A program made the translations under genes and the position numbers. From Candidatus Krumholzibacteriota bacterium (GTDB taxonomy: Bacteria > Krumholzibacteriota > Krumholzibacteriia > JAJRXK01), in the NCBI GenBank assembly GCA_963764625.1, contig CAVXTH010000006.1, forward strand, positions 704,001 through 768,000: a stretch of DNA of 64,000 bases, in the 5' to 3' direction. The notes under the pieces are model-generated. The model was not told the DNA's origin. It saw only the letters and a list, made by a program, of their open reading frames with translations, and ran no database searches. Below, one piece after another: positions 44,757-55,563 of this stretch. Positions within the stretch are counted from its first letter, which is position 1. Each line of letters starts with the position of its first letter.

Positions 44757-45595
44757 ATTTCCTGCGCTTCATCGAAGATCTGATTCGCCTGGTGGTCCTC
44801 GCCCTCTTGGATCTGAAACGGGCCGGCGTGCGGCTCATCCTGTTTGCCGCACTTGCGGCGGAAGTCCTGGTGCTCATCATTTGCGCCGACCCGACCTTTC
44901 CCGCCTGGAGTGGAGTGGTGATCCCCCTCCTGGAGCGCGTCTTCGGCGCGTACTACCTCCACTATCCCCAGTCCTACATCGGTCTTCCCGCTACCGGCGC
45001 GGTGGGTAAGCTCTTGATCGATCTCTTCGTGAGTCCTTTCGTGTTGGCCTGGTGCGGAATGGCGATTCTCCGAGTCACCGGAGACGAAAGGGCGAAGAGA
45101 CAATCTCTGTTCTCCTCGAGCTTGCACTACTATGCGCCCTTCTTCCTCTTGACCTGTCTGGAGATTGGCGTCTGGGTTCTGTTCTACGGACTGCCCGTCT
45201 ACCTGCTCAACACCAGGTTCAATTTGGCGTACCGAACTCATGCCGCGGTCACCATCTTCGGAAGTCTTCTTCCGCTCTTGCTCCTGACCCCTCTCTTCTT
45301 CGTTCCGCCGCATCTGCTGCGTGAGGGGAAGGGGCTGGGCCGCGCGATCGGCTCCAGCTTCTCTCGCGCGCGCAAGGATCCTGCGTGGCCTTTGGCCTTC
45401 GTGGCCTTGCCCTGGCTCGCGAGCGTGCCCCTTTCGCTGGCACTGCAGCGTTCGGCACGCCTGGCTGCGCAACTTCGGCCGGAAATCGTGTTGGTGGCGG
45501 TTGCGTTGCAAGCCGCGATCTTTCTCTTGTTCGGGTTCATCGCACTGGACGCCGCCATCCGGATCTTCCTCAAACCCCGGAGCCGTGGATTATGA
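44753..45595 (+). CDS. Hypothetical six-TM membrane protein
   Basis: Multiple hydrophobic helices; translationally coupled (GTGA/ATGA) to both neighbours. Confidence 0.7.
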   Translation: MNFLRFIEDLIRLVVLALLDLKRAGVRLILFAALAAEVLVLIICADPTFPAWSGVVIPLLERVFGAYYLHYPQSYIGLPATGAVGKLLIDLFVSPFVLAWCGMAILRVTGDERAKRQSLFSSSLHYYAPFFLLTCLEIGVWVLFYGLPVYLLNTRFNLAYRTHAAVTIFGSLLPLLLLTPLFFVPPHLLREGKGLGRAIGSSFSRARKDPAWPLAFVALPWLASVPLSLALQRSARLAAQLRPEIVLVAVALQAAIFLLFGFIALDAAIRIFLKPRSRGL

Positions 45596-47097
45596 GAGTT
45601 CGGCATGCCTGCTTTCTGCTCCTGGTCGTGCTCTGCGGCTGCGGGAGACAGGACATGCGTGCTCGTTACCTGGCAGAGCGCGCGCGCTATTGGGCCGAGC
45701 GCGAGGCGATCAGTTTTTCCCTCGAAGCGGATCCCAAGATTCGCAGCGGATATTATCGCACCGGTCTCGCGTACATCGAGGTGGCGCAGCGCGCCGATCC
45801 CAGCCAGGTGCACGGCAAGAGTGATCCGAAGATTCTCGCCGAGCTCTCCTCTCTCCAGGCCTGGGGGCGCATCCAGTCGGGGGATGCCTTCCTGCGCGCC
45901 GGTCGCTTCGATCTGGCCGAAGTCCAACTCCGCGCGGCTCAGGAGGAGGGTCCCATGGTCCTGCGGCGACAGGCGGCGCTGCTGCGCGCGGAGTCGGCGC
46001 GCACGCAGGAACGATGGGAGGAGGCGATCACGTTTTATGGACAGTTTCAGGACCTCATGCAGGAGCCGCCGGTGCCCTCGACCCTCGACCCCCGAGTCCT
46101 GAGACTGCCTCTGGTCTTGGTGCAGGATCTCTTCGGCCGAGCAGACAGCGAGCTCGTGGAGAAAGCTCGACTCGAGGGGCATCGCTTCTATGCCTGGATC
46201 CAGAAGCAGTGGGCGGGCCAGCCCACCGGGGACAGGGCTGCCTTTCTGGACCACCGGTTGGACATCGCGACGCAGAAGTGGAAGGAGGCCGAGCTGAGTC
46301 TGAGCCGCTACGAGGCGCGTGACCTGTCCAGCGGGGACCGTTTGAACGCGCTCTTCGATCGGGCCGAGATCCTGGCCCATGGACTCGGCAAGCTCGCTCG
46401 CGCGGACTCCCTTTACTTGAGGGTCATTGAGGAGTCCGAAAACGAGACCCTGCGCGGCCTGGCCCATTTGCGACGCGCGGAAGTTCTCCTGACGATGAAG
46501 CAGCCCGATGCCGCCATGCGCGAACTCGACAGCGTGGTGAGCGACTTTCCCAACGAGCGACGTCTCGCCGCGGCCGCGCTCCTGCGCAAGTCCGAAGTGC
46601 TTCTGGACAGCTCCGACTGGTCCGGTGCACAGAAGACGCTACGGCGCCTCATCCAACGCTATCCCGACACGGCCGCGGGCCTGCAAGCGCCGATGCACCT
46701 AGTGGATATCCAAGAACGACGGGGTGGCGGGAGCTCGGCCAGCAACGAGCTCCATCGCGCCGTCGAGCAGTATCAGCGCTTGATCTCCGGCCACGCCTCG
46801 GCCGGCGCGGTCGGCCTCGAGGCGAGAGAGAACTCGGTGGATTGTCTGCTCCGATTGCACGAATACGAGGACGCCCTGCGCCAGCTCGAGCAGATCCATC
46901 ACATCCTCGGTCGCGACAAGAGAGGGGGTGAGGCGCTGCTGAGGGCGGCGGAGATTGCCCGCGACGATATGAAGAACCCCAGGCTGTGCCGCCTCTATCT
47001 GGAGTGGGTCGACGAGCAGGTACCGGGAAGCCGGGCTGCGCTTCGGGCGCGAGAAATGCTCGAGGAGATGGGTTTCACGCCCAAGAGTGGCAGCTGA
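45592..47097 (+). CDS. TPR-repeat lipoprotein
   Basis: Lipobox LCGC; repeated helical TPR-like units (ALFDRAEI, VVSDFP, LIQRYPDT). Confidence 0.8.
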   Translation: MRVRHACFLLLVVLCGCGRQDMRARYLAERARYWAEREAISFSLEADPKIRSGYYRTGLAYIEVAQRADPSQVHGKSDPKILAELSSLQAWGRIQSGDAFLRAGRFDLAEVQLRAAQEEGPMVLRRQAALLRAESARTQERWEEAITFYGQFQDLMQEPPVPSTLDPRVLRLPLVLVQDLFGRADSELVEKARLEGHRFYAWIQKQWAGQPTGDRAAFLDHRLDIATQKWKEAELSLSRYEARDLSSGDRLNALFDRAEILAHGLGKLARADSLYLRVIEESENETLRGLAHLRRAEVLLTMKQPDAAMRELDSVVSDFPNERRLAAAALLRKSEVLLDSSDWSGAQKTLRRLIQRYPDTAAGLQAPMHLVDIQERRGGGSSASNELHRAVEQYQRLISGHASAGAVGLEARENSVDCLLRLHEYEDALRQLEQIHHILGRDKRGGEALLRAAEIARDDMKNPRLCRLYLEWVDEQVPGSRAALRAREMLEEMGFTPKSGS

Positions 47098-47125
47098 GCA
47101 TGACTCGCCGCGCGTGCCTAAACGA

Positions 47126-47154
47126 TTGATTCCATAGTGTTGCGGTTCTAGACT
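47126..47154 (+). promoter_or_regulatory. sigma70-type promoter
   Basis: TTGATT-17nt-TAGACT. Confidence 0.5.
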
Positions 47155-47185
47155 GTCCGCTGTGTCCACCAGCCGAAAGGGCCTC

Positions 47186-48301
47186 ATGCGCCAGATACTC
47201 CTGCTCTTGCTTCTCATTTTGCTCCTGCCGATTCGCGCGCGGGGGCAAGAGAAGTCACCCAATGCCTTTCGCATAACTTCACAGGTGGCGGAGAGTGAGA
47301 TTGTCCTGATCGGTGGCGGTCTCAAGCAGTCCTCCATGGCGCCGCTCGCGATCGATGAGCTCGCAACGGGGCGCTACGAAGTTCGGCTCTATCGCGGGGG
47401 AGTTCTCTGCGCGAAAACCACAATGGATGCGGGGGACAGACTGCGGCTTTCGGATCGTCGCGGAAGCCGGGTTCTGCTTTCCGCGATCGTTCCGGGCCTG
47501 GGTCAACTGCGCGATTTCCGATGGGGGTCGGGTTTGGTTCCCATGGCCGAAGTGGGGACCGCGATCGGACAGGCCTTCCGCTACTCCGCGAAGGTGCACG
47601 ATCAACAGCAGGTCTTGGATACGGTGGTGGCGCAGACTTCATCCGCGGACAAACTAACCCCGGGCTACGGACGGCTCTCGGCCCATTTGCAGGACAACGT
47701 CTGGCTGGAGGAACAGACCCGCAACAACTACGCCTACCTGGCACTCTACTCGCACGTGGGCAACATCCTCCACGCAGCGGTACGGCGCGGCCCGTACCGT
47801 TTCGAGCTTTCAGGGACGCGGAGCGTCGCGGCCCGGTACCTACCGCCCTCGAAAACAAGCGTGGGATTTCTCTCGCTTCTCTACCCGGGCCTGGGGCAGA
47901 CCCGCCTCGGCTACGAGACGCGCGGACTCTTGTGGTCCTCGCTGGGCTTCGTGGCCGGAATGACCCTGGTGGAGACCCAGCGCTTCCTCGATCAACGAAC
48001 AGTGAGCGAGCAGGACGCCGGGCGGATCGTGGCCTTGGAAGCCGGACAGGGAGGAGTCACCCCCGAGGCTCTGGCCCGTTGGGCGACGGCGCAGGGAGAT
48101 GTCGAGAGCGCGAAATCACGCAGGCGTGCGGTGATTTTCGGCATGGGAGCCCTCTGGATTCTGAATGTCGCGGATGCGATTTTCCTGGAGGACGACGCGC
48201 CGGTTCCCCTGGAAAACGGGCGAATCGGGGCGCTAGGAGTCGATTTGCGAGTCGCGTGGGTGGGAGAGGCCCCCGGTCTGAGTCTTGCCCGACGCTTCTG
48301 A
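47186..48301 (+). CDS. Secreted/membrane hypothetical protein with duplicated PGLGQ module
   Basis: Signal peptide; LLSAIVPGLGQ and FLSLLYPGLGQ repeats, each followed by N(I/V)xxA; C-terminal beta-signal-like LSLARRF. Confidence 0.7.
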   Translation: MRQILLLLLLILLLPIRARGQEKSPNAFRITSQVAESEIVLIGGGLKQSSMAPLAIDELATGRYEVRLYRGGVLCAKTTMDAGDRLRLSDRRGSRVLLSAIVPGLGQLRDFRWGSGLVPMAEVGTAIGQAFRYSAKVHDQQQVLDTVVAQTSSADKLTPGYGRLSAHLQDNVWLEEQTRNNYAYLALYSHVGNILHAAVRRGPYRFELSGTRSVAARYLPPSKTSVGFLSLLYPGLGQTRLGYETRGLLWSSLGFVAGMTLVETQRFLDQRTVSEQDAGRIVALEAGQGGVTPEALARWATAQGDVESAKSRRRAVIFGMGALWILNVADAIFLEDDAPVPLENGRIGALGVDLRVAWVGEAPGLSLARRF

Positions 48302-48413
48302 TTTCAGCGGCCGGGATCTTGCCTGGCCGAAGGGGAAAGAACGAGCTAATCTCGTCCTTGACAAGATGGGGTGAGGCCTACCGGCGCCCGCTCCACTTCG
48401 TGGCCTTCCGGGC

Positions 48414-49319
48414 ATGCCAGCAGAAGTCCCAGCTTCGAGCTCCAACCGGAAGATCACGGTCCAGATCAGCTCTCAGTTTCGAGTTGAGACGCTTGCCGGA
48501 ATCGGTGTGGAAAGGTCCAGAATGCAGCTCCACCCCTCGATGATCGAGCATGTGGGTACATCGCGAGCTTACGACGCCCCGCAGCTGAAGTATCTCGGGA
48601 GCCCCATCCCTCTCTACGGGCAAGTTCCTCGCTGGAAGCGCGTCGTCAAGCGTGGCTTCGACATCGTCTTCTCCTTGGTGGGCTTGACCCTCTTTATCGT
48701 CCTCTTGCCCTTCCTCGCTCTGGCGATCAAGATCGAATCGCGTGGGCCGGTTTTCTACGGACAGATTCGGGTGGGTATCAACCGGCGCGGCCGTGAACGG
48801 CGGCGGGAAGAATCCGAGGCACCGGAAATCGGTGAAAGGCGCTGCCGGCAACAGAGTCGAGAAGTGCGCAAGGTCATTGCGGAAGGTCGACCCTTCCAGA
48901 TCTGGAAACTGCGTACGATGTACATCAATTCCGAGTCGGAGGGGATGCGCTGGGCGAGCGAGAACGATCCACGGATCACTCGCATCGGACGTCTCTTGCG
49001 TCTCACCCGCATGGATGAATTCCCGCAGTTCTACAACGTGCTACGTGGTTCGATGAGCGTGGTGGGTCCACGGCCCGAGCGGCCGCCGTTCATCTCGCTC
49101 CTCAGCCGCGAGGTCCCCGGCTATCTGGAGCGACTCCGCTTCAAGCCCGGGATCACCGGTCTCGCCCAGGTCGAGAGCGGCTACGACGAATCGCTCGATA
49201 GCGTGCACAGGAAAGTGGCCCTCGACCTGGAGTACATCACCAAGTTCGGTCTGCTGCGCGACCTCCGGCTCCTGGTGGCGACGGTTCGGGTCGTACTGAC
49301 CGGGCGGGGGGCTCTCTAG
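48414..49319 (+). CDS. Priming sugar transferase (polyprenyl-phosphate glycosylphosphotransferase)
   Basis: KRGFDI, KLRTM, DPRITRIG, DEFPQFYNVLRGSMSVVGPRPER, KPGITGLAQV; the start may be a later ATG (e.g. 48522). Confidence 0.93.
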   Translation: MPAEVPASSSNRKITVQISSQFRVETLAGIGVERSRMQLHPSMIEHVGTSRAYDAPQLKYLGSPIPLYGQVPRWKRVVKRGFDIVFSLVGLTLFIVLLPFLALAIKIESRGPVFYGQIRVGINRRGRERRREESEAPEIGERRCRQQSREVRKVIAEGRPFQIWKLRTMYINSESEGMRWASENDPRITRIGRLLRLTRMDEFPQFYNVLRGSMSVVGPRPERPPFISLLSREVPGYLERLRFKPGITGLAQVESGYDESLDSVHRKVALDLEYITKFGLLRDLRLLVATVRVVLTGRGAL

Positions 49320-49432
49320 GGCGTTTTGCGCCTTTTGGTTGGCCCGCATCTCCTCGTTTCCCGTGAACGCCATTCCCCCTCAGACCGTCCTGGACGGCTC
49401 AGTGCGGGCCGGCTGGGGAATTTAGCGCAGCT

Positions 49433-49448
49433 GGGCACGATCCTTGAT
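49433..49448 (+). promoter_or_regulatory. Putative sigma54 promoter of kinase-regulator pair
   Basis: GGGCAC-GATCC-TTGAT; palindrome CCGTCC-T-GGACGG at 49385-49397. Confidence 0.5.
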
Positions 49449-49488
49449 GGACCATGACGTGAACTCCTGGGGGAGTGCTGCGAGCGTC

Positions 49489-51522
49489 ATGATCCACCGC
49501 CTGTTCATCTTGTCCTATTTCCTTTTGCCCGCTGTCGCGTTCTCTCTGCGCGGGCGAGATCTCGGACTTTGCCGTCCTCGGCCTCTGTTGGGGCGTGGCC
49601 GCGGTCCTCTTTTTCTTCCACCGTCGGCATCTGCTCGCGAACTGCGCCCCGGCGCCGGCGGACTCCCACGATGCGACGCGGGGCCACGGATTCCTCGATC
49701 TCTATCGCGGCCTCGGCACGGACTACTCCCGCCTGAAGCAGGGCTACGAGGACGCTCGCCTCCGTCTGGTGAACACCAACATTCAGCTCTTGAGCGTGCG
49801 CGAGTTGTGGCAGGCTCTCGCGCGACCGGGGCGACTGGAACACACGGTGGACGGCGCCTTGGTCTACTGTCATCGCGCCAGCGGGTTTCAAGAGGTCATG
49901 ATCCTGCGCATCGAACGCCGGTCGCGCGAACTGGTGGGCCGGTGGCTTCATCCCGGCACCAACGGATCGGTGGTCGAAACCATGCGCTGGGCCCTCGGCG
50001 GTCTCGGTGGTACCGTCGCGCGGGCGATGCGCAATCCCAGCAGCCTCCTGGTGGAGGAGAGCCACGCCGAGTCGTTGTTGACGGTGAACGGGGAGTGCCC
50101 GGCCGGCTTTCAGGATCACGGAGCACATCTGGTGGTTCCGCTGCTGACCCCTCTTCCGCGTCACGAGTGCCTCAAGGGCGGATGGCTCTACCACGACGAC
50201 TGTCCGGTGTTCGAGCTGGCTCCTTCCGAACAAATCCGTGAGAGCTTTCCCTCCACTGAGAGAGCGCTCGATCTCACTCCGTGCATCTCCTGTCGTCACT
50301 ATCCACTGTACGGCTTGATGGTGGTGACCGATCGGGCGCGTCCGGCGGGAATTCGCAAGGCGGATCAGCTGACTCTGGAATCGCTGAGCTACGCGGTGAG
50401 CGCGGTCCTGCAGAACGCGAGTCTCTACCACGAACTCGAAATGGGGGAGAGCTTCCGCGACCAAATCCTCGACGGGATGAGCAACGGCCTCATCACCACC
50501 GACGACCGCGGCCGCGTGATCTTTAGCAATCGCCGCGCGCAGGAACTGCTTTCGACTTCGGGGCGAACACTTGCGGGAAAGAAACTCGACTCGCTCCTGT
50601 GGGGCTTCCCGGCGGAATCTCCCGCCAAGGCCGCGCTCTTGGGAGGACAGCCGAATCTGCGCTGGGAAGGACGCATGGGCCTTGAAGAAGAGAAGTCCAT
50701 TCCCGTGCTCCTGACCCTGGCGAAATACCGCCGTGAGGAAGGCGGATTGGTTGGCGTTATCGCGGTGATCGAGGATCTCAGCGCAGTGCACCTGATGCAG
50801 GAGGAGATCCGGCATCTCGACACCCTCGCCGCCATCGGCCGTTTCGCCAGCAGCATGGCGCACGAGATTCGCAACCCCCTGGGTGGTATCAGCGCCGGGA
50901 TGGACTATCTCGCCCGCAAGGGCACGTTCTCCCTGGATGAGGCCGAGAGCGTCGCCGTCATCCAGGAGGAAATCCAGCGCCTGGACGGCATCATTCGCAA
51001 TCTCTTCCAGGTGGCGCGACCTGCGCGTCTGCAGAAGCAAGAGACGCCGCCACTGGAAACCGCGCTGAGAATTCACCGCAGCATCAAGGACTTGGCCGAG
51101 GAGCGGAGAGTGGAGATTCGCGTCGAATGCGCGGACACGCTGCCCAGCTACCACATCGATCGGGATCAGATCCACCAGGTTCTCTTCAACCTGCTCAAGA
51201 ACGCGATCGAAGCCAGCGAAGAGGGTAGCACTGTCGTTCTCAAGGTGGAGAAGGCAGCCGGATCCCAACCGAAGCCCGAGCTCGAAGAGGCCATCGTCTT
51301 CGAAGTCATCGATACCGGTCCGGGGATCGAGCACGAGGATCTGGCGCACATCTTCGAACCGTTCTTTTCCAAGAAGGCTGAAGGCACGGGGCTCGGCCTC
51401 TTCGTCTCACACAACATCGTGGAGCGTCACGGCGGAACGCTCCAGGCGTTCAGTCGACCGGGCGAGGGAACCTGTATCCGGGTTCTCTTGCCCCTCGCGC
51501 CCTCAACCATCGGGAGCCACTC

Positions 51523-51526
<4 letters not shown>
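49489..51526 (+). CDS. GAF-PAS sensor histidine kinase (main frame 49595-51526; apparent +1 frameshift near 49545)
   Basis: PAS (ILDGMSNGLITTD), H-box MAHEIRNPL, N-box NLLKNAIEA, DTGPGI, GTGLGL; the N-terminal TM hairpin is split across two frames. Confidence 0.88.
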
Positions 51527-52920
<1,394 letters not shown>

Positions 52921-52923
52921 CGA

Positions 52924-53492
52924 TGCACGAAGCGCACGGGTCAAAACGCGAGAGAGAGGCGGCTTGTCGCCCCGGCTCGCGTTTTTGCCGAGTGGGGAGG
53001 AGGGGAGGGTTGCTCTCTGTTCTCCTCGTGCTCACTTCTCTTCAGGGATGTGGTTACGGTCTGACTCCAGGCCGCGTGAAGCCGGGCCTTCAGAGCGTCG
53101 CGGTTCCCTACTTCGAAAACGAGACCACCGAACCCGAGCTCGAGGTTTCGCTCACCGACGCGATCATCGCAGGCATCGTCGCGGACCGAACTCTGCGCCT
53201 CACCGACGAGCAGCAAGCCGACGCGCTCATTCTGGGGAAGATCACCTACTTCAAAATCCAGGAGGTATTCTTCGCCGAGAATCGACAGGCGCAGGAATAC
53301 GAAGTGCGCGTGGCCTGCGAAGTGAGCCTGGTCGACCGCGCCACCGGTGATATCATCGTCAAGCCCACGACCATTCGCGGCAAAGGTGATTACTTCACCG
53401 ACGAGGGCCCCGAGGGAGAGGATAACGCGCGCCAGCAGGCAGCCGACGAACTGGTGCGCGCGATTCTGGCCCTGGTGATCGAGGAGTGGTGA
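52924..53492 (+). CDS. lptE: LptE-family LPS assembly lipoprotein
   Basis: Lipobox LQGC-GY, SVAVPYFENET.EP.LE..LTDA, terminal Trp; precedes holA. Confidence 0.8.
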
Positions 53493-54538
53493 TGGCGAGT
53501 CCGAAGATCCTCACCCCCGAAGAGCTGAGAAGTGCCTTGGCCAAGGAGGACCCACGGCCAGTGTATCTGCTCGCGGGACCGGATACCTGGAGGGCGGAGC
53601 GCACGGCGCAGTGGTTGAAGGAGAAAGTACTCGATCCGCAGTCGGCCGAATTCAACGCGCAAGTTCTGCAGGCCGACGAGTGTGTTCCCCAGGCCATCGT
53701 CGAGGCCGCCTCCGCCTATCCGATGTTCGGCACCCGGCGCTTCGTGTGGGTTCGTCATGCCGAGGCACTCGGCACCGGGTCGGCGATCGAAGGCCTCTTG
53801 AGCTACCTGGGGAGTCCTGCCGCCAGCACAGTGCTCGTCTTCACCAGCGCCAAGCTGGACAAACGCCTCAAGTTCACCACCGCCTGCGCGCGCGCCGGCT
53901 GCGCGGTGGATTTCCAGAACCTCAAGGGCTCCGCCATCCTCATGCAGGTGGCGCGCCAGGCGCAGTCCCTCTCGCTCACCCTCGAAAAGTCCGCCATCCA
54001 CGAGCTGATCGATCTGGTGGGCGACGACCTCGGCGAACTGCAGACCGAGCTGGAAAAGCTGGCGCTCCTGCGGGAAGGGAACGCTCCCATCGGACCGAAA
54101 GAGGTGCGCCTCCTCGTTGCGCGCTCGCGCGACCTGGACGCCTTCGCGGTGGCGGATCTGCTCAGCGGGGAAGACCCCCTGCCGGCACTGCGCGCCTGGA
54201 CCAAAGTTCGGGTGGGAGGGGGCGACCCCATCGGCACCGCCGCCATCCTCAGCTGGCGTCTGCGCCAACTCGCCTCCTTTCGCAGCGCCCTGGAGGGGGG
54301 AGAGAGCCCCGAATCGGCCGCCCGTCGCCTGGCGCTTCCGCCCTGGCAGGCGCGGCGCCTGGCGGCCCTGGCCCAGAGCTCGACCCTCGACCAATTGCAG
54401 CGAACCCTCTTCCACATGCGTCAGGCCGACCGCCGTGCCAAATCCTCCAGTCTGGGCGCTCCCCTGGCCTATGATCTCGCCCTTCTGGCCTGGGCGGTGG
54501 AGTCCCTCACGGGCGTCCGTACAACGCGCCGGCCTTGA
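53492..54538 (+). CDS. holA: DNA polymerase III delta subunit
   Basis: PVYLLAG, EFN, PMFGTRRFV, DKRLK, ELEKL, DRRAK. Confidence 0.9.
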   Translation: MASPKILTPEELRSALAKEDPRPVYLLAGPDTWRAERTAQWLKEKVLDPQSAEFNAQVLQADECVPQAIVEAASAYPMFGTRRFVWVRHAEALGTGSAIEGLLSYLGSPAASTVLVFTSAKLDKRLKFTTACARAGCAVDFQNLKGSAILMQVARQAQSLSLTLEKSAIHELIDLVGDDLGELQTELEKLALLREGNAPIGPKEVRLLVARSRDLDAFAVADLLSGEDPLPALRAWTKVRVGGGDPIGTAAILSWRLRQLASFRSALEGGESPESAARRLALPPWQARRLAALAQSSTLDQLQRTLFHMRQADRRAKSSSLGAPLAYDLALLAWAVESLTGVRTTRRP

Positions 54539-54632
54539 CATCCGGGCCCTCCGCCGTACCTTGGCCGCATCCCAGGGGCCCTCAGACGAAGTCGGTCCTA
54601 GTGCGTACTTTTCAGGGAATAGGAGTAGCTCC

Positions 54633-54959
54633 ATGGCAGCACCCGTCGCGGTCGACACCCAGACCTTCCCGGCCGAGGTCCAGAAGGCCACTGGCCTCGT
54701 CATCGTCGATTTCTGGGCTCCCTGGTGCGGTCCGTGCCGCATCATCGGACCGGTCCTCGAGGAGATTGCCAAGGAGCAGGCCGCGACCGTCAAGGTGGCC
54801 AAGGTGAACGTCGACGAGAACCAACAGCTCGCCGGCCAGTTCAGCATCATGAGCATCCCGACACTTTTGTTCTTCAAAGACGGCAAGGTGGTCGAGCAGA
54901 TCGTGGGCGCGGTGCCCAAGGACAAGATCCTGCAGACCATCGAGCGCCACAGCTCCTGA
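54633..54959 (+). CDS. trxA: Thioredoxin
   Basis: DFWAPWCGPC, KVNVDEN, SIPTL; TTGACA promoter-like hexamer at 54535. Confidence 0.97.
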   Translation: MAAPVAVDTQTFPAEVQKATGLVIVDFWAPWCGPCRIIGPVLEEIAKEQAATVKVAKVNVDENQQLAGQFSIMSIPTLLFFKDGKVVEQIVGAVPKDKILQTIERHSS

Positions 54960-55014
54960 GCCTAAGGTAGTTTCCTTAATTCCCGTTCGAACAGCCTGTC
55001 GATACATGAGTTCC

Positions 55015-55046
55015 AGGGGAGGGGAATTGGGATTCCTCTCCCTTTG
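55015..55046 (+). terminator. Hairpin terminator after trxA
   Basis: GGGGAGGGGAAT/ATTCCTCTCCCT stem followed by TT. Confidence 0.55.
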
Positions 55047-55059
55047 TGGAAACTATAGT

Positions 55060-55087
55060 AGTTAACATAATGTATCTTATGCGCAAT
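55060..55087 (-). other. dif site (XerC/XerD chromosome dimer resolution)
   Basis: Minus strand ATTGCGCATAA-GATACA-TTATGTTAACT versus E. coli GGTGCGCATAA-TGTATA-TTATGTTAAAT; AT-rich island at the gene-orientation switch. Confidence 0.93.
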
Positions 55088-55164
55088 CTTAGGTAAGGCC
55101 ATGGCCCCAGGCCGAAGGACTCCGCAGGGCCTTCCCTCGCCAGCTCGTCCGCAGGAAAGGGTTC

Positions 55165-55545
55165 TCAGTCGCTGACCGGGATCTTCTCGGCGTAGTCCTC
55201 GAGCACGGGGATCCGGAAGGATTCTCCGGCCAAGGCCTTCACGAAACCCAGGATACTCAACACCAGGAATCCGGCGAAGGCCGCCAGCTCGAGCAGGATC
55301 TCCACCAGGAAGCCCAGGACGGGAATCCTCCCCACCGTGTTGCTGATGATGAGGAGGAAGCAAATCACGGCTGCTTCGACCAAGAAGAGCGCGAAGGCCT
55401 GGCGGGCGTGCTGCGTCAGGAAGGCGCTCTTGTTCTTGCGGCTCAGGGAGAAGAGAGAAACCGGACCCAGGTAGGCGATCGCCGCCAGCCAGCGCTGTTT
55501 GGTCTCCCCGATGGAATGCGGAAGGATGGGTTCGTGATCGGTCAT
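55165..55545 (-). CDS. DUF4870-like membrane protein
   Basis: LAAIAYLG, FLTQHARQ, KALAGESFRIPV. Confidence 0.8.
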   Translation of the reverse strand: MTDHEPILPHSIGETKQRWLAAIAYLGPVSLFSLSRKNKSAFLTQHARQAFALFLVEAAVICFLLIISNTVGRIPVLGFLVEILLELAAFAGFLVLSILGFVKALAGESFRIPVLEDYAEKIPVSD

Positions 55546-55563
55546 CGTGCTTTTCCTCGCCTA

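Noticed and set aside
49444-50241. 265-aa ORF overlapping the kinase, as an independent gene
   Set aside because: Only about 20 residues look protein-like; these are better explained as the frameshifted N-terminus of the kinase
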